Positions 30,444-41,714 are shown, counted from the stretch's first letter. The stretch: DNA of 64,000 nucleotides from an uncultured cyanobacterium (GCA_963744145.1 CAVUSO010000001.1:5856001-5920000); one strand, 5' to 3'. A program made the numbers and translations. Notes: generated from the sequence alone by a model not told the origin.

Positions 30444-31361
30444 TTAAGATTTAATTAACTTACCAAGTAGCCGACCCGCTTTTTTTCTGGCTCTAGTTAG
30501 CAAATTCGGATGTTCTTTTTTAAAAGCAGATTCTTCATACATCCGATCGGCAATCATAAACGGGGGATGTTTGAGAGGAAAACTCATTGCTTCGATCGCG
30601 TTATTGGCCCGAAAACTTTCAGTATAGGTCGTATGGGTAGCTTCAGCGTGAAATCCTAAATTAGAAATTAAGTTAACATTAGAAATAACACTCATGCCAC
30701 TTTGAATCGAGCAAGCAAAAGACCATTGATAATCCCAGGTATCGATTTTACCTTCATAACTAGCTTGCCAAGTTTTTTCCCAAGATTGCATCATCTTCTC
30801 ATCTGGTAAGAAATCTTGGTGCCACTTCCCATCGCGAATCATCGGCCATAATTTCATATTGACATCATAATAGTATTGCCAGGCTCTGCGCCATGTAGCC
30901 CATCCCCAAATTAAAGGGGCACGAGAAAAGTAGTAACTATATTCTGTCCGTTTGGAGGTAGCGCGAGAGTTATCACCACAAATTGACATAATGCGTTGAT
31001 CATCTCGATATTGGGCAAGTAATTCTTCGCAGAATTGAAAAAAAGTTGGATGAGGTAGACAGTCATCTTCCAGAATAATTGCTTCTTCGACTTGCTCAAA
31101 CACCCAAGTAATACCACTGGAAACACACTTTTTGCAGCCTAAATTGACATCAGCATAGTGTTTGATCACTTCACAATCCCAATCGACCCGATCGATGATG
31201 GCTCGGGTAGCAGCACATTTTTCTGCTTCACCTGGTTTGTCAGCGCGGGGTCCATCTGCAACTACTAAGAGTTTTGGAGGTCGGGCTTGACGGATGGCTT
31301 CAAATACTTTTTCGGTCGTGTCTGGTCGCTTAAAAATGAGAAAAGCTACAGGAACTTTCAT
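30444..31361 (-). CDS. GT-A fold glycosyltransferase (family often annotated 'hemolytic protein HlpA-like')
   Basis: FLIFKRP, ADGPR, NLGC, ILEDDCLP, IWGWATWRRAW, DTWDYQW. Confidence 0.85.
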   Translation of the reverse strand: MKVPVAFLIFKRPDTTEKVFEAIRQARPPKLLVVADGPRADKPGEAEKCAATRAIIDRVDWDCEVIKHYADVNLGCKKCVSSGITWVFEQVEEAIILEDDCLPHPTFFQFCEELLAQYRDDQRIMSICGDNSRATSKRTEYSYYFSRAPLIWGWATWRRAWQYYYDVNMKLWPMIRDGKWHQDFLPDEKMMQSWEKTWQASYEGKIDTWDYQWSFACSIQSGMSVISNVNLISNLGFHAEATHTTYTESFRANNAIEAMSFPLKHPPFMIADRMYEESAFKKEHPNLLTRARKKAGRLLGKLIKS

Positions 31362-31435
31362 GGTTTTTGCTGGTTAATTAATGAGTCTGGGTGAGAGAAA
31401 TTGGACAATTAACAATCGGGTGAGCGATCGGCGAC

Positions 31436-32665
31436 TTAAGAGAGATTTTTTTGGTTGTTTAAGTTGGGCATTTTTCCAATTCCAATCATCCAACTAAATT
31501 CGGCATACCTAACAATTGTTTCTGTCGCAATATTGGCTAATTCGCTAATACTGGTACTTGCAGGAATCCGTTGATAACGATAAGCAGATAGTCGGGGATC
31601 GGGTTCTTGGAAACAAATATCCTGGGCATTATTACCCCAGCGCTCTTTGGGCATTAAACTAATGGTTAATCCTGCGTGTCCTGAAGGTTGGAGCATATTT
31701 GACCCGTGCATCCCAATCACTAAACGACTATCAGCATAAACTTGACAAAGTCGTCGATCTTCTTCATCAGTCATCATTTTAGTTCTCGCATCTTCGATCC
31801 AATCAGGAAATTTAGTTCGTTTTCCTAAACCAGCAACTGTATAGGTTCCTGTCCCTAACTGCGATCGCACTTGCGCTAAAAACTGTTGGATTTTCCAATT
31901 TTGCACCCATAAGCCCAGATCGACCAGATGCAGTTTTTTTAGGACTCGGAATAGAAAATTTCCTCCCCACCATAACCGATCCTCACGCCAAATAAAAGTT
32001 ACCTTGAAGTTGGGTTTTTCAAAATCATGCTTGGGTACTTTACTAAATCGACTAATATCAAAATTGCTAGCCCGTAATCGAGCTTCACCGACATAGATTT
32101 TATCAAAACGTTCTGATTCTGTGCTAATAAATTGGTTAAGATTTGGATAAAAACTTTGACCATCTCTGAGGGAAAGATTCACCGTCCAGATTTCTGCTAC
32201 ACCATCGGGCACCATACATTTGAGGAATTTTTGGACTAGGACTATCACCCCATATTCTGGGTATTTATCTAAATATTCCTGAACTGTAAAAAGTTTTAGG
32301 AGTGCATCACCATACAGATAATCTATACAACTGATGATGATCACATTTTGGCAATCTTTAAAAACTTCTTTAGAAATTTTTACTGCTTCAGTTTTAGGGT
32401 TTTGAATTGATTGGAGAAACGGATTTCCCCACCACATTTTGCCAGCTTCATCACCAAACACTTTACCTTTGACTGGATCAATTGTATAGGGCCAAAACTT
32501 AAAGTGACCGACTCTTAAATCATCGACAATTTCTGCTTGACACTGGTCGCATTTCGCTTGAGCGCAAACGTGCATTCCTTGCCATAATATCTGTTCAGTT
32601 TTTAGTAATTTGTGACAATAAGGACAAGTCGGTTGATGTTGAATATTTGGTTTGATTTCGATCAT
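31436..32665 (-). CDS. Hypothetical EPS-cluster protein with an N-terminal Cys cluster and a GT61-like C-terminal motif
   Basis: CPYC...HVC..KCDQC; LVIGMHGSNM. Overlaps the wzx stop. Confidence 0.7.
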   Translation of the reverse strand: MIEIKPNIQHQPTCPYCHKLLKTEQILWQGMHVCAQAKCDQCQAEIVDDLRVGHFKFWPYTIDPVKGKVFGDEAGKMWWGNPFLQSIQNPKTEAVKISKEVFKDCQNVIIISCIDYLYGDALLKLFTVQEYLDKYPEYGVIVLVQKFLKCMVPDGVAEIWTVNLSLRDGQSFYPNLNQFISTESERFDKIYVGEARLRASNFDISRFSKVPKHDFEKPNFKVTFIWREDRLWWGGNFLFRVLKKLHLVDLGLWVQNWKIQQFLAQVRSQLGTGTYTVAGLGKRTKFPDWIEDARTKMMTDEEDRRLCQVYADSRLVIGMHGSNMLQPSGHAGLTISLMPKERWGNNAQDICFQEPDPRLSAYRYQRIPASTSISELANIATETIVRYAEFSWMIGIGKMPNLNNQKNLS

Positions 32666-34002
32666 TTTACTAATCCTCTAATTCTGATTGCACTTTGGAA
32701 AAAATTGAGGGAACGTAATATTAACATTCCCACAGGTCTCAATTCTGGAAACGCAAAATTTAGGGCGATATTGACGATAAAATAAGTAATTAGGGTGGCG
32801 ATCGTTGCCCCCATTGCCCCATGAGTAGGAATCAAGAAATAGTTGAGAACTATATTCAGAATTGCCCCAATTGAATTTAAGTAAATTCCGTATGGTAATT
32901 TACCCTCGATCACTAAGTAAGTATGTCTAGCTACACCATAATTAGCGCCAAATTGTGACCAGATATAGACGGTTAATATATTTGCTGAATCCACAAATGA
33001 GTGTCCCCAAGGGAGGACTATATAGGGAGCCAAAAATGTAATGGGAATAGCTACTAAGATCCATAACCATGACATAATATCAAAGTAGATTTGGAATCGT
33101 TCCATATATTCTTGTCTACTTTTTTCTTTCAACGCTGTGAGTTTAGGTAGAACTGATGGAGCGATGACCATGGGAAATAAGCCAAAAATCTCAGATATTT
33201 TGACAGCTACTGCATAAATACCAACTTCAGTTAAGTCTGTTCGCAAAGATCCCAACATAATTTGATCGATATAAGCATAAATATAATTAGCTAATCCTGC
33301 TAAGATTAACGGCACACTTTCCCGCAATAATACTATCGCTCTTGCCAGACTGAAAGACCAATCTTGAAAACTATTGCCTTTTTTTCGATAAACAAAAATT
33401 AATCCACAGGAGCTACAAACTACTTCTGCTGATCTTACCCAAGCAAAGGCTCTGACTTTGGCTTTAATCGCAATCAATCCAATTCGGACAAAAGCATTGA
33501 AGAAATAACCAACGTTTTTGGCAAAAACTGTATATTTGGCTTGGAGCTGGGATTGAAACCAATAGTCAACTACATTAAAAGCTTGAAAGATACTACCCCC
33601 AGCGATAATTGCGACTAGCCAGATTAATTCCTGCTCATCCGGTTTGAGCAAAGAAATTATCGAAATAGTTAAAAATACTGTTAAAAGTCCACCCAGAATT
33701 TGGAGTGCAAAAGCTGTACCGAGAGTTTCATTTTTGCAATTAGGATCACGGGAAATATCACGGATTACTAGGACATCTATTCCTCCTAACCCGGTAATTC
33801 CGGTGAATAGAGATACAAAAGTCAAGGCATAATTAAGCTTACCGAATTCTGCTGCTTTCAGATGACGCGCAACAGCAATCCCAATGAATAAGCCTAGAGC
33901 TAGCTGTAACATTTTGTCAGTAAACAGCCAAGCTGAATTAGCCATTACTTGGCGTAATCCAGGACCAATCCTTTCCCTGAGCGCAGCTAGTTTTTTAAAC
34001 AT
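32662..34002 (-). CDS. wzx: Wzx flippase
   Basis: Many hydrophobic segments; NSAWL, FGKLNYA, IDQIMLG, VGIYAVA, LNYFLIP..GAMGA. Confidence 0.92.
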   Translation of the reverse strand: MFKKLAALRERIGPGLRQVMANSAWLFTDKMLQLALGLFIGIAVARHLKAAEFGKLNYALTFVSLFTGITGLGGIDVLVIRDISRDPNCKNETLGTAFALQILGGLLTVFLTISIISLLKPDEQELIWLVAIIAGGSIFQAFNVVDYWFQSQLQAKYTVFAKNVGYFFNAFVRIGLIAIKAKVRAFAWVRSAEVVCSSCGLIFVYRKKGNSFQDWSFSLARAIVLLRESVPLILAGLANYIYAYIDQIMLGSLRTDLTEVGIYAVAVKISEIFGLFPMVIAPSVLPKLTALKEKSRQEYMERFQIYFDIMSWLWILVAIPITFLAPYIVLPWGHSFVDSANILTVYIWSQFGANYGVARHTYLVIEGKLPYGIYLNSIGAILNIVLNYFLIPTHGAMGATIATLITYFIVNIALNFAFPELRPVGMLILRSLNFFQSAIRIRGLVK

Positions 34003-34206
34003 TAGCAGGATTTAATTTTTTCATAAAGCTGTTCCCTTTTTAACCCAGTTAGTAGCTAAGATCAACCTGATTCACTAAACTTCATCTATATATCTTTGCA
34101 TAACTCATCATCAAGCCAGACTTTTCCGGAAACTACAACGGTATTTTTTGATTTTCCTGGCTCTTGATGATTAGCTGGCCAAAAACAGGCCCGTGATCAC
34201 TGTGAA

Positions 34207-35637
34207 TTAATCGCGCCATTGCGATCGCATATCTTGTAAGGTTTGGAGTGAATTGACTGGTGGTGGTTTGGGTTTTTGATTTTGCTCATCAAATTTTTCT
34301 CCTTCCAAGCATAATCGGGCTTTGAGCATAGCATAAAAAATCCAATAGTTGGTGAGGTTACTGAGTCCAGTTTCAGTGATATTTGTGAGAACACTCCAGA
34401 CTAAAACAACTATGGGTAAGACTGCTTCTGGGTTATTGTTCCGAATCAAACACTGGGTAGCTTGATAAACACTAATTACCATGGAAATAATATATAAACT
34501 TAATCCTAGCCAACCTAGATCTAGAGATAGATCTAAAAAACCATTATGAGAGTGCATCGGAATAAATTTGCCGAGTTTTGGTACTCTAATTGGTGCTGCT
34601 GGATTATCTGGACCTAGCCATGGTTGCCAAAATCCGTGATATCCATATCCTAGCACTGGTTCCCGATTGATCTCATTGACAATTAGTGGCCAGAATAATG
34701 TGCGTCCAGTTAATGTCATATCTTTGCCGAGTTTTTCGACAATAATATATTCGGCATTATTGACAATTACAATGGTTAAACTAACTCCAATTGCTAGGAA
34801 AAATGCCATCGCTGCAAACGCCCATCTCGGACTAAAACGTTTCACAAATTGGATAAATATTAATAGAGCAATCATCACCAATAATAATACTCTTCCCATC
34901 CCGCTACTAGCTTTAGTGATTGAAGCGGCTGCGATCAAAGCTATCATTAGGAAAAAGAATTTTTGTTGTGGTTTTCGCACTGATTGAATGTAGGCTAATG
35001 TGGCACCTAAACCCATCTCAAAAGCGAAGGCGTTTTTATGCCCAAATACCCCATTCCAAGGTCCAGCGATCGCTCCGATTGATGGTTTGGCAACTGCATA
35101 AAATAAACTCCCTAAAATCATCACTGCGTGAATACAGAAAAATAAATCAAACAGTTGATCTAATTTATATTGCTTTCCCACATAAATATAAAATATTGTT
35201 GTTAATAATAAAACTATTCCACCTTTGAGAGCTAGTTCCAAGTCGGTAGCCCACATAAAAGATAAGGTATATTCTAAAATCAATAGAAAATAAAAAGGAT
35301 CTTTTTTAATAATTAATGAGATCGTATATATTAATCCTTTCATGCTAGAGCGCAGTCGGGAATAGGTAAATAAAATGCAGAGTGCATATACCCCTAATTG
35401 CATGACGAGCGATGGCAATTTTTTCGCCCGATCATAAATAACTTCTGGATCGAATTTAGGTAAGGACCAGACCAAAACATGACTGATTGCTAGACTTAAC
35501 AGCACTACATATATGAATTCTAATAAGGCTGACATTTTACTATTTTTATTAAAAGTATGAAAAAATAGTAAAAAATAAATGACCCCAAACGAGATCAGGA
35601 ACATTAGTATAAAAGGATTAGCCAGTAATTCTTGCAT
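34207..35637 (-). CDS. wzy: Wzy polymerase / O-antigen ligase family protein
   Basis: Polytopic membrane protein; GVFGHKN, TLTGRT.FW, GYGY.GFW, HSHNGFLD. Confidence 0.88.
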   Translation of the reverse strand: MQELLANPFILMFLISFGVIYFLLFFHTFNKNSKMSALLEFIYVVLLSLAISHVLVWSLPKFDPEVIYDRAKKLPSLVMQLGVYALCILFTYSRLRSSMKGLIYTISLIIKKDPFYFLLILEYTLSFMWATDLELALKGGIVLLLTTIFYIYVGKQYKLDQLFDLFFCIHAVMILGSLFYAVAKPSIGAIAGPWNGVFGHKNAFAFEMGLGATLAYIQSVRKPQQKFFFLMIALIAAASITKASSGMGRVLLLVMIALLIFIQFVKRFSPRWAFAAMAFFLAIGVSLTIVIVNNAEYIIVEKLGKDMTLTGRTLFWPLIVNEINREPVLGYGYHGFWQPWLGPDNPAAPIRVPKLGKFIPMHSHNGFLDLSLDLGWLGLSLYIISMVISVYQATQCLIRNNNPEAVLPIVVLVWSVLTNITETGLSNLTNYWIFYAMLKARLCLEGEKFDEQNQKPKPPPVNSLQTLQDMRSQWRD

Positions 35638-35946
35638 ATCAGGTTTAAATCAAGGATATTTGGAAAAAATTAGCTCATTAAATTATGTTATGATAAATTT
35701 AACAGCTAGCGCCGCACGGTGGACGAATGCTGGTACTCCTCTATTTGTTCAATATAGCAGCAAATAAATTTACCAAATTGGCAGATTGTAAAGATTTGAT
35801 AAAGTTAACGAAAAAAAAATTAAAAAAGCGGGCAAAAATGGCGCTAAACCAATATTAATCTAAAATCTAGATCCAGGTTAAACTGCTAGTGACAATCAGT
35901 GATCAGCCAGCTTAAATTAAAAGTAGATTAAGAAATTAGGGAAGCC

Positions 35947-37470
35947 ATGAAACTGACCGTTTGCTTGGGAAAAAGTAATCAGCTAGTCAGAGCGATCGCC
36001 ATAGCATGGACAATAGTGATTACTTGTCCATCAGTTATGCAAGCGCAGCAATCCAGTGAAGGGTTGCTACCTCCACCCTTACCACCAGGACTATCACCCG
36101 CATCGACACCAATCACCCAACCGCTCACACCAGTGGATTCATCAGCAACAGCCTATGCTTTAGGAGGGGGAGATAATATTCGGATCGATATTTTAGAAGT
36201 ACCTCAATATAGTGGAGCTTATCTAATTCCCGCTGATGGGGCAATATCTTTACCCTTAGTTGGTCGGATTCAACTCCAAGGGCTAACCATCGAGCAAGCA
36301 TCCCAAACTATTTCTAATGCTTATAAGGAATTTCTCAACTATCCGGTAGTAACCGTAACTTTAGTTACACCGCGTCCGATTAATATTTTAGTGGCTGGAG
36401 AAGTAAATCGTCCTGGTTCTTACGCGATCGCTTTGAATCCAGGGGTCGGAAACGCTCCTGGGGTTCAGTATCCGACGATTACACAAGCGATCGAAAAAGC
36501 TGGAGGAATTACCCTGACAGCAGAGATGAGAAAAATTGAACTTCGACGACAGAGATTATCAGGGACGCTGATCATCAAGGTTGACTTAAGGAAAATGCTA
36601 GAGACAGGCGATCGCACTCAAGACGTTTTACTCCAAGATGGAGACTCGATCTTCATTCCCACTTTAACTAACGTCAACATCGCCGAAACCCGCAAAGTAG
36701 CAACCTCTAGTTTTTCAGCCGGACCCGATACACCCAGGACCGTAGCTGTAGTGGGAGAGGTTACTCATCCAGGTTCCTATGTGATCGTAGGAGGTAATAC
36801 CGGAAACGATCAAAGTAGGGCTGGTTTACCAACCGTAACCCGAGCGCTACAACTAGCGGGAGGAGTCAAACCATTAGCAAATCTGCGCCAAATTCAAGTG
36901 CGTCGCATCAATAAAGCTAATACTGAACAAATTATTACCGTAAATCTCTGGCAACTATTGCAAATCGGAGATTTCAGTCAAGATGCAGTATTACAAGATG
37001 GGGATACCATCATCGTTCCTACGATTAAAGAAATCAACCCAGTTGAAGCAGCGACCACCGCAGCATCAACTTTTGCTTCAGGTAAGATGACAGTTTATGT
37101 AGTCGGAGAAGCGGGCCGAGCTGCCTATGCCCAGATATCCTTAGATGTACCGACTAATACTCCCCTCAACCAAGTTTTACTAGCATCAGGGGGTTTTAAC
37201 ACTCGCGCTGACCGAGAAGAGGTAGAACTAATTAGGCTTAACCCCAATGGGACAGTGGCTAGACGCAAGGTAAAAGTTGATTTTAGCCAAGGAATTAATG
37301 AGAAAACCAATCCGATCATGCAAAGTAACGACATTATCCTCGTTTCCCGTTCCACTCAAGCTGCTTTTTATGATCAAGCATCACTAACCATTAATGGGAT
37401 TGGTCTATATCGTCCCTTACTCCAAGGTGTAGAGGATATTTTTACCATTTTTGGCCTGATTTTTCCTTAA
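35947..37470 (+). CDS. wza: Polysaccharide export protein (OPX/Wza) with SLBB repeats
   Basis: YALGGGD, DGAISLPLVG, repeated V.GEV..PG and LQDGD.I.VP. Confidence 0.9.
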   Translation: MKLTVCLGKSNQLVRAIAIAWTIVITCPSVMQAQQSSEGLLPPPLPPGLSPASTPITQPLTPVDSSATAYALGGGDNIRIDILEVPQYSGAYLIPADGAISLPLVGRIQLQGLTIEQASQTISNAYKEFLNYPVVTVTLVTPRPINILVAGEVNRPGSYAIALNPGVGNAPGVQYPTITQAIEKAGGITLTAEMRKIELRRQRLSGTLIIKVDLRKMLETGDRTQDVLLQDGDSIFIPTLTNVNIAETRKVATSSFSAGPDTPRTVAVVGEVTHPGSYVIVGGNTGNDQSRAGLPTVTRALQLAGGVKPLANLRQIQVRRINKANTEQIITVNLWQLLQIGDFSQDAVLQDGDTIIVPTIKEINPVEAATTAASTFASGKMTVYVVGEAGRAAYAQISLDVPTNTPLNQVLLASGGFNTRADREEVELIRLNPNGTVARRKVKVDFSQGINEKTNPIMQSNDIILVSRSTQAAFYDQASLTINGIGLYRPLLQGVEDIFTIFGLIFP

Positions 37471-37700
37471 AACCATTAACCTATTACTGATGCAATCTCA
37501 GGAAAATACGATTAAAATTATAAGGAAATCTGCCAATATCCCAATTAAAGAAGTCAAGTTGCTCATCTGAGTCTTCCATGACCCAAATTATTAGTAAACA
37601 CTTGGAGACTTTACCAATACCGATCAACACCTAGCTAAGATGGAAAATTTGACCAGTATTTCTGGGAAACAAGTCAACTACAAAAATCTTCTGAACTAAA

Positions 37701-39953
37701 ATGGATACTGAATACGATTTTCAATCATTTTCCAATAAAAATAGCGGCAAATTATCCCAGACTCTACCTGCTACCTACCAAGGGGGCACAGATGAAAATG
37801 CTGGACAGACCGTCGATATTGCTTGGGTCTTTGCTGTTTTTCGCCGTCGGATCTTAGTGATGCTAGGAGTGATGATCGGGATCTTGGTGTCATCAGGAGC
37901 GATCATCATCTGGAGTGCTAGTCGCATTAAACCAGAATATGAAGGTTTTTTTGGCCTATTAGTTGAACCTGTAACTGCTGATAATTTAGCCGCCAAACAA
38001 TTTGTTAATGCTCAAAGTCAAGGAATAGACATTCAAAAAATTGATGTAGAAAGATCAAGTTCGTTAGACTATGAAACTCAAATTCGAGTTTTACAAAGTC
38101 CGCAGCAAATGGAACCAATATTTAATCAAATAAAAGCTAAATATCCAACTGTTACCTATGATATGATGATGGCATCTTTAAATATTCAGCGCGTTACATT
38201 TACTAAAGATGCTGCTACAATTGGGACAAAAATTTTAGAAGTTTCTTACCGAGATAAAGACCCAGATATGATCGAGTATGTTTTGAAAATTATTGCCAAT
38301 GCTTATCTAGACTATAGTTTTCAAGAACGTCTAAAAAATTTAAAAAATGGGATTGATTTTATTGATGAGCAATTGCCAACCCTTCAGCAAAAAGTAGATA
38401 CACTACAAAGGGAATTGCAGATATTAAGAGAACAATATCATATAGATGATCCATCAGTAGCATGGCGCGTTCTGGCTGATGGAGTGATGTCAATTAAAGA
38501 GAAAGGCTTAGAGGTAAAAGGAGAGATTGACCAAAATAAAAATCTCTATGATTATATGCAAAAAGAATTACAAGCTGGAAATACTTACTCAATTTTTTCC
38601 ACAGATGTAATGAAACTTAATGAAACAACTTTGGGAGAAATTCAGCGACTAGATACTCAAATTGCAGCTACAGCAGCGCAATTCCGGGAAAGTAGTCCTC
38701 CCATGCAAGTTCTGCGGGCTAAACAAGAAAAGATGAAAAAATTGCTTGATCTACAAGCAGAAAGTTCTCTCAAAAATTTGGATGGCAGAATTAAATCGCT
38801 ACAAGAGCGTTATCAAACAATTGAGCAAAGCGAAAATAAACTGAATCAACAACTAGAAGACTTACCCCTAGTGACTCGAAAATATACAGATATCCAACGA
38901 GAATTAGGTGTTGCTACCGATAACTTAAAAGAATTTTTAACCAAGAAATCAGCGTTGAGACTCGATTCAGCTCAACAGCTAGCACCTTGGGAATTAATTG
39001 AAAAACCAAGTCTGAGAAGAGATTTACATGGTAAGTTAATTCCTACTACCCAAACTCAAACGAAGAAAAATTTAGCGATCGTCGCGGTATTAAGCATACT
39101 ATTGGGAATAGGAGTAGGATTCTTAGTGGAAGTTCTCAACACCGTATTCCACACTCCAGAAGAGGTGAAAAATACCACGAAATTGCCGTTGTTAGGAGTA
39201 ATTCCCTTTGCGAAAGAACTCAGAAAATATCAATCCCGTCAAAAAGCTACTTCAGTCCCAGCAGTAACCGGATTACCGAAATTAAGTAGTCGGACAATGG
39301 TACAGGAAAATGCAATTAGTAATCCCCCCCCCAGTCATAAACCATCATTTTGGGAAGCTTTCCGCTCGCTCCATACCAATATCCGATTATTAAGTCCAGA
39401 TCGTCCTTTCCAATCCTTGGTGATTGGTTCAGCTGGTCCGGAAGATGGTAAAACCACGATCGCCATTTATTTGGCTCTCACCGCAGCCGCGATTGGTCAG
39501 CGGGTATTATTGGTAGACTCAGACTTGCGTCATCCCAAAGTCCATCAAAAATTAGGTTTACCCAATAATCAAGGACTAAGTGATGCGATCGCGACAGATT
39601 TAAGTCTTAATGATGCCATCCAGCGATCGACCTGGGAAGATAATCTCTTTGTCTTAACTTCTGGAACTGTTCCTTCCGATCCAGTGAAACTACTTTCATC
39701 AAAAAAGATGCTCTATCTGATGGAACAGTTTCAAGCCTTTTTCGACTTGGTAATTTACGACACCCCTCCCCTAGCAGCTTTAGCTGATGGTAGTATTTTA
39801 GCTGCCCATACCAATGGGATTATTCTGACCGTAGGACTCGAAGCTACAGATCGTTCCATGTTAATTAGTGCTTTAGAGGGATTAAAAATTTCTGGTGCCA
39901 CAGTTTTAGGTATAGTAGCTAATGGCGTTAAGGGGTATAACCCTAATGCCTAG
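37701..39953 (+). CDS. wzc: Polysaccharide co-polymerase / BY-kinase
   Basis: Two TM segments around a coiled coil; EAFRSLHTN, PEDGKTT, LVDSDLR, IYDTPP. Confidence 0.92.
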   Translation: MDTEYDFQSFSNKNSGKLSQTLPATYQGGTDENAGQTVDIAWVFAVFRRRILVMLGVMIGILVSSGAIIIWSASRIKPEYEGFFGLLVEPVTADNLAAKQFVNAQSQGIDIQKIDVERSSSLDYETQIRVLQSPQQMEPIFNQIKAKYPTVTYDMMMASLNIQRVTFTKDAATIGTKILEVSYRDKDPDMIEYVLKIIANAYLDYSFQERLKNLKNGIDFIDEQLPTLQQKVDTLQRELQILREQYHIDDPSVAWRVLADGVMSIKEKGLEVKGEIDQNKNLYDYMQKELQAGNTYSIFSTDVMKLNETTLGEIQRLDTQIAATAAQFRESSPPMQVLRAKQEKMKKLLDLQAESSLKNLDGRIKSLQERYQTIEQSENKLNQQLEDLPLVTRKYTDIQRELGVATDNLKEFLTKKSALRLDSAQQLAPWELIEKPSLRRDLHGKLIPTTQTQTKKNLAIVAVLSILLGIGVGFLVEVLNTVFHTPEEVKNTTKLPLLGVIPFAKELRKYQSRQKATSVPAVTGLPKLSSRTMVQENAISNPPPSHKPSFWEAFRSLHTNIRLLSPDRPFQSLVIGSAGPEDGKTTIAIYLALTAAAIGQRVLLVDSDLRHPKVHQKLGLPNNQGLSDAIATDLSLNDAIQRSTWEDNLFVLTSGTVPSDPVKLLSSKKMLYLMEQFQAFFDLVIYDTPPLAALADGSILAAHTNGIILTVGLEATDRSMLISALEGLKISGATVLGIVANGVKGYNPNA

Positions 39954-41709
39954 ATATCAAAGAGGATTACCGCAATGGCGATCGCTAAGACAGGTGCTCT
40001 TAATCATGACGCTGGGGAGTGCGATCTTATCCTCAGCACCAGTCTTAGCTGCTCAAAAATTGATCTTGCGGGTGGGTTTTTTAGAACAGTCGGTCTCGAT
40101 TAGCGATTTAGAAGATTTTGTTTTAACTGGTAAAATTTCCCGTGAACTCAAACCCTACTCATCTCTACTCACCCCACAAGTGCGCCAAATGTTGGGAGGA
40201 AAATTACAACTAGACCCAAAACGCACTAACCAACTGGTTGCTGATTTACTCCATTCTCCTACAGGCGATCGCCTAGTGAAAACTCTCGGTGTGGTAATTC
40301 CTAATAGCACCATAGAGCAAATCCAAGCAGGGATATCCCTAGCAATGCGCCAAGCTAATGGTCTGAACGCGATTAACTTTTTCAAAGCTTATCCAGCAGA
40401 AAATATTACTATTGATATCTCTTCAGCGATCGCTGTTGGTTCTCGACTCAACCTTCCTTACTGGCAAACCCAAGCACTTAGTCCCTTACTCCAGCGCGAG
40501 CTGGTTGAATCTAGTCCTCCTTTTCATCCCACCTTTGACCCCGCTGCCCCTGGTCCAATGGTAGTCCAGCAACAAACACTGATTTTGTCAGATCAAAAAC
40601 GTCACCGATCGCTTCCGGTTGATATCTACTGGGGTAGTGATCGTCAAGCACTCAAAGCAGAACCGTCCCGGGAAAACACTCAACCTTTAATTGTGATCTC
40701 CCATGGATTTGCTGCCGATCGAAAATTTCTGAGCTATTTAGCAGTTCATTTAGCTTCCTATGGATTTACCGTAGCAGCAATTGAACATCCCGGTAGTAAT
40801 GGTTCTTGGTTATCTTCCGCAGGAATTAGCGGTAAACCAACTGATTTCGTCCCCACCAATGAATTTATTGATCGACCCAAAGATATTAGCTGGTTATTAG
40901 ATGAACTGGCAAAATTAAATCAACAACCAGGTGAATTACAAGGAAAACTTCATACTGAACAAGTCAGCGTGATCGGTCATTCTTTGGGTGGTTATACAGC
41001 TTTAGCTTTAGCTGGAGCTGAGTTAGATCTCAAGGAATTACGACAGTTTTGTCAAAAGCCCTTACCCATCGGACAAGCAGTCGGAGATTGGATTCAATGT
41101 GCAGCAGCTCAATTACCAGAAGAGAAAGTTAATCTTAGAGATGAACGAATTGTTAGTGCGATCGCACTTAATCCGCTCATTGGAAACTTATTTGGTGCCC
41201 ATGGCATGGCCCAGATTAATATCCCAATTTTAATTTTATCAGGAACTGAAGATGTAGTTACACCAGCATTAAACCATCAACTACGACCTTTTGCTCAATT
41301 GAAAGCTAATAAATACCTATTAACAGCGATCGGTAGCACCCATTTGAGTGTGGGTACACCCTTAAAACCGGATCATCAAATTACAGATAACAATCAGATT
41401 GCTGTGGTGGAAAATATGGTTCTCAATGAACGTAGAGGACAAGAAACTGAACCATTACGTCAACTACTCAGAGGTGTGAGTTTAGCATTTATCAAACAAT
41501 TAACTCCAGAAGCAAAAATTTATCAACCATTTTTAACCTCTGCTTATGCTCAATCTCTATCAACCCCAGAAATACCGCTACGTTTAAATTCAGAATTACC
41601 ACAAGGTCTGAATAATTGGCTCCAAATTACTGCTGGTTTTCCACTACTATCCTTAGTTCAAACTAACCAGTTGACCCTATTACTGAGGAAAAACCAGCCT
41701 CGATTATAA
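39946..41709 (+). CDS. Alpha/beta hydrolase with N-terminal DUF1400-like domain
   Basis: ISHG, EHPGS, DRPKDIS, GHSLGG nucleophile elbow. The ATG at 39946 overlaps the wzc end. Confidence 0.87.
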   Translation: MPRYQRGLPQWRSLRQVLLIMTLGSAILSSAPVLAAQKLILRVGFLEQSVSISDLEDFVLTGKISRELKPYSSLLTPQVRQMLGGKLQLDPKRTNQLVADLLHSPTGDRLVKTLGVVIPNSTIEQIQAGISLAMRQANGLNAINFFKAYPAENITIDISSAIAVGSRLNLPYWQTQALSPLLQRELVESSPPFHPTFDPAAPGPMVVQQQTLILSDQKRHRSLPVDIYWGSDRQALKAEPSRENTQPLIVISHGFAADRKFLSYLAVHLASYGFTVAAIEHPGSNGSWLSSAGISGKPTDFVPTNEFIDRPKDISWLLDELAKLNQQPGELQGKLHTEQVSVIGHSLGGYTALALAGAELDLKELRQFCQKPLPIGQAVGDWIQCAAAQLPEEKVNLRDERIVSAIALNPLIGNLFGAHGMAQINIPILILSGTEDVVTPALNHQLRPFAQLKANKYLLTAIGSTHLSVGTPLKPDHQITDNNQIAVVENMVLNERRGQETEPLRQLLRGVSLAFIKQLTPEAKIYQPFLTSAYAQSLSTPEIPLRLNSELPQGLNNWLQITAGFPLLSLVQTNQLTLLLRKNQPRL

Positions 41710-41714
41710 AAATT

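Noticed and set aside
30444..31361. Haemolysin
   Set aside because: The HlpA label is a legacy annotation; the motifs and context indicate a glycosyltransferase.
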